Origin: Candidatus Woesearchaeota archaeon
GTDB lineage: Archaea > Nanobdellota > Nanobdellia > Pacearchaeales > GW2011-AR1
Assembly (NCBI GenBank): GCA_964479755.1
Contig: CAYZNI010000001.1
Span: 10,171-74,170, forward strand
Length of the DNA stretch: 64,000 nucleotides
Direction of reading: 5' to 3'
This document shows positions 59,826-64,000 of the stretch, one piece after another (within the stretch, counting starts at the first letter, position 1; the number at the start of each line of letters is the position of its first letter). The position numbers and the translations under genes are program-made. The notes under the pieces were generated by a model. The model searched no databases. It was not told the origin of the DNA and saw only the letters and a list, made by a program, of their open reading frames with translations.

Positions 59826-60233
59826 TAAATTAAACAAGATACCTCTCACCCATAAGCTCCTGAAAAATGTTGTATAAGATTCAATAAAGGGTTTGTTGAA
59901 ACTTTAGACGATGAAGAATGATTTAAAATTTTAAGTGAATAGTTATTTGAGACAAAATGGCGGTGGGAATAGGTTGTGTTTGCGAGAGAAATAAACCTGC
60001 TGTTTTAGGGTTGATTATCGCAGAATTTTTGGCTGGTTTTTGTTCTGTGTTTGGTGAGTTATAATGATGTAGTTCAGAATAGTCCGTTTGCGAATTCTAA
60101 CTCGCCGATTGCGTTTTCAAAAACTACATTGGAAGAGAGAGGAAATCTGCGCATCGCGGGCAGGCTGCTTGTGAAGTTCAAGGATAATGTTTCATGGAAT
60201 TTTGCTACAACGAGCGTTATTGTGAGGAAGTGA

Positions 60234-61178
60234 TTATTTTTCTTTTTCTTTCTTTTTGGCTTTTTCTGCTGCGGCAACTTTGCTTGAGAGTTTGTCTTCC
60301 AGGCCAAGACGTTCTGTTAGCTCTTTGTATCTATTGCGGATTGTGACCTCTGTAATTCCGGCGACGTCTGCAACTTCTCTTTGAGTTTTTTTCTCGTCAT
60401 TTAGGAGAGCGGCAACGTAAAGCGCCGCGGCTGCAATCCCGGCGGGACCTCTACCTGATGTTAATTCTGAGACGTCTGCTTTTTTCAAGATTTTTAGAGC
60501 TTCATTTTGAGTTTTTGGAGATAAGTGAAGAATAGAGGCAAATCTTGAAATGTAATCTTTTGGAGAGCTTGGGCGGACTTTGATTTTTAATTTGCGGACA
60601 ATGAATCTGTAAGTTCGGCCGATTTCTTTTCTTTCAACGTCGGATGCTTCCCCAATTTCATCAAGAGTTCTTGGTATGTTATAAGAGCGGCAGGCAGCGT
60701 AAATGCAGGCAGCGATAACTGACTCCATTGAGCGCCCTCGGACTAAGCCTCTTTGCAGGACATAATTGTAAACTCTTGCGGCTTCGTCTCGAATTACTGA
60801 AGGGAGATTAAGGAAAGATGCAACACGGCGGAGTTCCGACATAGCCAAACGGAGATTTCTTTCAATTGAAGTGGAAACTCTTTCCTGCCATTTCTTTAAA
60901 CGCAGAAATTTTCTTGTTTGGCCGGCTTCTAACTTGTAAATATCTGAGATTTCTCCGACATTAGTTGTAAGGCCTTTGTCGTATTTTTGCATAGAAATTG
61001 GAGCTCCACCTCTACCGCGTTTTTCTGCTTTGTCAAATTGACCGCCACCTTCCTGACCGGTATCGACGATTTTTTCCTCTATGATTAGGCCGCATTCATT
61101 GCAGACTAACTCTCCCTTATGGCTGTCAAAAACAAGGTCGACACTGGAACATTCCGGGCAGCGTTTTATATTAGACAT
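60234..61178 (-). CDS. tfb: Transcription initiation factor IIB (TFB).
   Basis: N-terminal zinc ribbon CPECSS...CNECG, followed by two cyclin-like repeats. Length 314 aa. Confidence 0.85.
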   Translation of the reverse strand: MSNIKRCPECSSVDLVFDSHKGELVCNECGLIIEEKIVDTGQEGGGQFDKAEKRGRGGAPISMQKYDKGLTTNVGEISDIYKLEAGQTRKFLRLKKWQERVSTSIERNLRLAMSELRRVASFLNLPSVIRDEAARVYNYVLQRGLVRGRSMESVIAACIYAACRSYNIPRTLDEIGEASDVERKEIGRTYRFIVRKLKIKVRPSSPKDYISRFASILHLSPKTQNEALKILKKADVSELTSGRGPAGIAAAALYVAALLNDEKKTQREVADVAGITEVTIRNRYKELTERLGLEDKLSSKVAAAEKAKKKEKEK

Positions 61179-61479
61179 TTTTTGTTATGGAAAGGTTTTT
61201 AAACTTATTGTGGGCTGACTATTTAAATCTTTCTGTTGTTGTCGAGGATTTTTCCAAAAAGAATTTATCTTATCCCATAAGGCATTTGCCTGACAGTTTC
61301 TTCCAATTGATGCTGTCTCTGAATTTTTTGCTGATAAATTTGTCCAGGAATTAAATAGCTTGATAATATGCTTCCTACAATAATCAATGCTGAAGCAGTT
61401 AATAGTTAAATAATCTCCAATGTGTCTCGCTTAGACTCTTGTTTTTTCCATTCTAGATATTCTCTGCTTTCTGTTTCCA

Positions 61480-61845
61480 TTAGTTTTCTTTCAAAAGAAC
61501 TGCATTGACATGGCCTTCTTGGGAAGGTCTGTTTGTTATTTTTGCTTTTCCGGCGTCGGTTTCAATGATTGCGCCTTTCATTAATCGGTTTTGCCTTGCC
61601 AAGAAGATATTTTGGGGAGTTTCTATAACGTTTTTTATTTTGACTTTTTTTGCCTTGCCGTTGACTATGAGGTTAGCTTCGTCTGTACTTAGGAGAATGG
61701 TTTTGATGTGACCGCCGGTTACTCTGAGGTTTTTGCGCTTGGTTGCCCTAAGCGGCACTATGCGCTCCTGAGTTTGCTTCTCGAACAGCCTTTTTTTCCT
61801 GTTTCTATGGTATTTTCCGCCGGTAATTTTTCTTCCATGATTCAT
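61480..61845 (-). CDS. rps8e: 30S ribosomal protein S8e.
   Basis: The N-terminus RKITGGKYHRNRKKR and the C-terminus KGAIIETDAGKAKITNRPSQEGHVNAVLL match the S8e family. Confidence 0.8.
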   Translation of the reverse strand: MNHGRKITGGKYHRNRKKRLFEKQTQERIVPLRATKRKNLRVTGGHIKTILLSTDEANLIVNGKAKKVKIKNVIETPQNIFLARQNRLMKGAIIETDAGKAKITNRPSQEGHVNAVLLKEN

Positions 61846-61892
61846 TTTAAGATTTGAAAATCATGGTTTAAATAAGTTTTGTTTTTAACTTT

Positions 61893-62818
61893 GGGTGCAG
61901 TATCCGTAATTATTACACAACGCTGTCTTTTTTAGTTTCTTCATATTTATATTTTCTTTTAAAACCTCGAGCTGGAGTCTCAAGCTCTTCAAAGTTTAAA
62001 CTTAAACGTGGTTTTATGTGATTATACAAATAAACAAACTCTTTAAGTGAGGTGAACATGTGCCTCTTTTGTCTATACAACCCATACCAACGTTCTATCT
62101 TGCCATTAGTTTGATGGTGGTTAATCCTTCCAATATCTGTTTTATATTATTCACTTCGCAAAACTCTCTTAACAAATCAGAAGTAAATTGAGTTCCTTGA
62201 TAAGTTATCAATTCTTTAATCTTGCTGTAATCTAAGGCTTTTTTCAACAGCAGAACAGTGTTATCTGCTGTTTCACAATCAAACTCTCCATAAGTTAGAA
62301 TCATTCGAGACGCATCGTCGAGAACAGCACAAATCCATACACCTCTTTCTCTGTCCTCAAGCCAGTCCATGTGGACAGCAGTTAAGCTATGATCTCGCTC
62401 ATATCTTACCCAAGGCTTCTTCCTGATTTTCTTTTCCATCTGTTTAACAAAACCAGACTCTAATAAAATTCTATGTATTCTGTTATGATTAATTTCAATT
62501 CCATACTTAGCTCTTATCACAGGCCTTAGCAAAGAAGCAGATAGCTTAAACTTTCTAAAACACTCCAGGATTGATTGTGTTTCATATTCTTTTGGGAGTT
62601 TTCTAGGCCTTTCCATACGCTCTCCAATGCTTGGAACATCACCTAAAGTCAAAGCTTTTCTTTTAATCTGATACACTCTACCGATGCTTTTGTTGTACTG
62701 CCTGCTTAGCTCATAAGCAGTCCAGCCATTTCCTGGCTTAACAACGATAAACTTCACCATCTCTTTATTGAGTTTCATATCCTGTTCATTTATTTTATCA
62801 TTGTGAACTATTTTTCGG
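61893..62818 (-). mobile_element. IS element with a frameshifted DDE (rve-type) transposase; boundaries approximate, from imperfect terminal inverted repeats.
   Basis: Transposase ORF 62095..62778 has an N-terminal HTH and carries D (AVHMDW) and D (VLDDASR). The catalytic E motif HQTNGKIER and a YNHIKPRLSL tail lie in the -1 frame, 62094 down to about 61911. Ends resemble inverted repeats: cggatac-gacgcc at about 62802 and ggtgcagtatccg at about 61897. Confidence 0.55.
62095..62778 (-). pseudogene. DDE transposase, N-terminal 227 codons; the frame is interrupted before the catalytic E.
   Basis: As described for the IS-element feature (61893..62818) in this list. Confidence 0.55.
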
Positions 62819-62877
62819 ATACGACGCCTGGGGATAGTGCTGAAAAACTTTAAATAGTTGGCATTGCTGTTGATGGG

Positions 62878-63129
62878 ATGGTTGTTAGTTCGAAAAAAGG
62901 TTCTAATAAAAGTACTAGGATTGGTGCTGTTGTTCGCAAAAATTTAGAACTCAAAGAAGAAATAATCAAAAAACTTGAAGGGATTGACAAACCATTATCA
63001 ACTTCAGATTTGACTTTTTCTTTGAAAAAAGCTTGGCATACTATTGATCGGGCTTGTTTAATGCTACAGATTGATGGAAAACTTGAAGGATTCAAAATAG
63101 GGAAAATGAATCTTTGGAGGTTAAAATGA
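62878..63129 (+). CDS. Small winged-helix protein.
   Basis: 83-aa ORF with LSTSDLTFSLKKAWHTIDRACLMLQIDGKLEGFKIG. Confidence 0.3.
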   Translation: MVVSSKKGSNKSTRIGAVVRKNLELKEEIIKKLEGIDKPLSTSDLTFSLKKAWHTIDRACLMLQIDGKLEGFKIGKMNLWRLK

Positions 63130-64000
63130 AAACAATTAAAAATGAAAAACAATTTGCAGATTGGTTTAAGAAAAATTATGGAAAATTGGGTTATGATAAA
63201 ATTGTTAGAGGCGATATATCAAGGTTTCCAGAATTCATCATGCTTAGGAACGGAAAAGAAATAAGAGTTGAATTGGAAACTATTTCTTCTAATTTTATTG
63301 CTCATAAGCACGATTATGATGATGTTGACGAAATTGTATGTCTAGTTAAAGATGTTGAACTTGAAAAACCCGTTTTTGAAGTTAAAGAATTAAAATACGA
63401 AGGAAAAAGGAAGGTCACGCTTAGCATAGAATCTAAGATATATGATGACTTCAAAAAATTCTGTGATGAAAACGCTGTAATGCTTTCCAAAAAGGTTGAG
63501 AATGTGATGAAAGAGCTGATGAAAAAGAAATTTGTATTTTTTGGATTTGCTTTACTAATTTTTTTAACCTTTTTTGCAAGTTCTGCTTTATTTCAAGACA
63601 TATCACAAGGAGATTTTAATAATGGAACTTATGTCAATACAACGCATAATGGGACTGGAGTTGCACTTGTTGGAGGCAATTTGTCAGGAATTTTCACTTC
63701 TAGAGTGTTTGATGCGACCTCAAACTCGCTCTGGAAAAATATCAGTTATTCAGGTAATCAGTCATTTAAAGACATTTTATACGCAATAGATAATCAAGCT
63801 GCAGTATGGAAATCAATTGATGAAGGAATAAATTGGACGCAGCTAACTTCTGATTATACAGGTCCCGGAGAGGGAAACGGTATAACCTATCTTGCCTATA
63901 ACTTAAATGGCACTTTGTTTGCCGTTTACTCTCAGGATGTTTGGACGAGCAACAACGGAATTAATTGGACAAAAGTCAATGATGATTTTAATCCGGGAGA
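63126..64000 (+). CDS. 5' part of a membrane-anchored surface protein with BNR/Asp-box-like repeats; it runs off the window end.
   Basis: The ATG at 63126 overlaps the previous stop. Frame translated by hand with no stop to position 64000. TM helix FVFFGFALLIFLTFFASSALF. Repeats SIDEGINWTQL and SNNGINWTKV match the SxDxGxTW Asp-box. Many NxS/T sequons. Confidence 0.45.
   Translation, partial: MKTIKNEKQFADWFKKNYGKLGYDKIVRGDISRFPEFIMLRNGKEIRVELETISSNFIAHKHDYDDVDEIVCLVKDVELEKPVFEVKELKYEGKRKVTLSIESKIYDDFKKFCDENAVMLSKKVENVMKELMKKKFVFFGFALLIFLTFFASSALFQDISQGDFNNGTYVNTTHNGTGVALVGGNLSGIFTSRVFDATSNSLWKNISYSGNQSFKDILYAIDNQAAVWKSIDEGINWTQLTSDYTGPGEGNGITYLAYNLNGTLFAVYSQDVWTSNNGINWTKVNDDFNPG

Overview
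Low-GC (about 35-40% by eye) chromosomal segment from an archaeon. The archaeal markers are TFIIB/TFB, ribosomal protein S8e, an archaeal-type TyrRS, a Hef-type helicase plus an ERCC4 nuclease, a PadR regulator and a FlaI/PilB-type ATPase. There are many large secreted or membrane-anchored proteins and many overlapping gene junctions, which resembles a small-genome, DPANN-like lifestyle (inference). Housekeeping genes include pyrD, tyrS, an M16 peptidase, thpR, an Obg/DRG-like GTPase, a SAM-dependent methyltransferase, tfb and rps8e. Two tRNAs are present, tRNA-Val(GAC) and tRNA-Leu(UAG). Accessory content is rich. An integrated plasmid- or virus-like element of about 14.5 kb lies at about 31.2-45.7 kb. 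It carries a tyrosine integrase, a serine recombinase, a primase-polymerase with a D5-like helicase, a HerA/FtsK-like ATPase with a C-terminal HTH, RHH and wHTH regulators, and a 1276-aa lipase-like secreted cargo protein. The element is apparently delimited by a duplicated N-terminal fragment of a membrane-protein gene. A tRNA-flanked locus at 47.5-57.0 kb encodes a pilin-signal protein translationally coupled to a 2242-aa giant protein. The Hef gene is split into helicase and nuclease ORFs, with a reverse-transcriptase/maturase remnant between them. An AbiE-like toxin-antitoxin pair and a PIN-domain gene sit next to tRNA-Leu. An IS element at 61.9-62.8 kb carries a frameshifted DDE transposase. 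Simple-sequence tracts, a (CT)9 and a (TA)9, sit at two gene starts. No CRISPR array or rRNA gene was detected.
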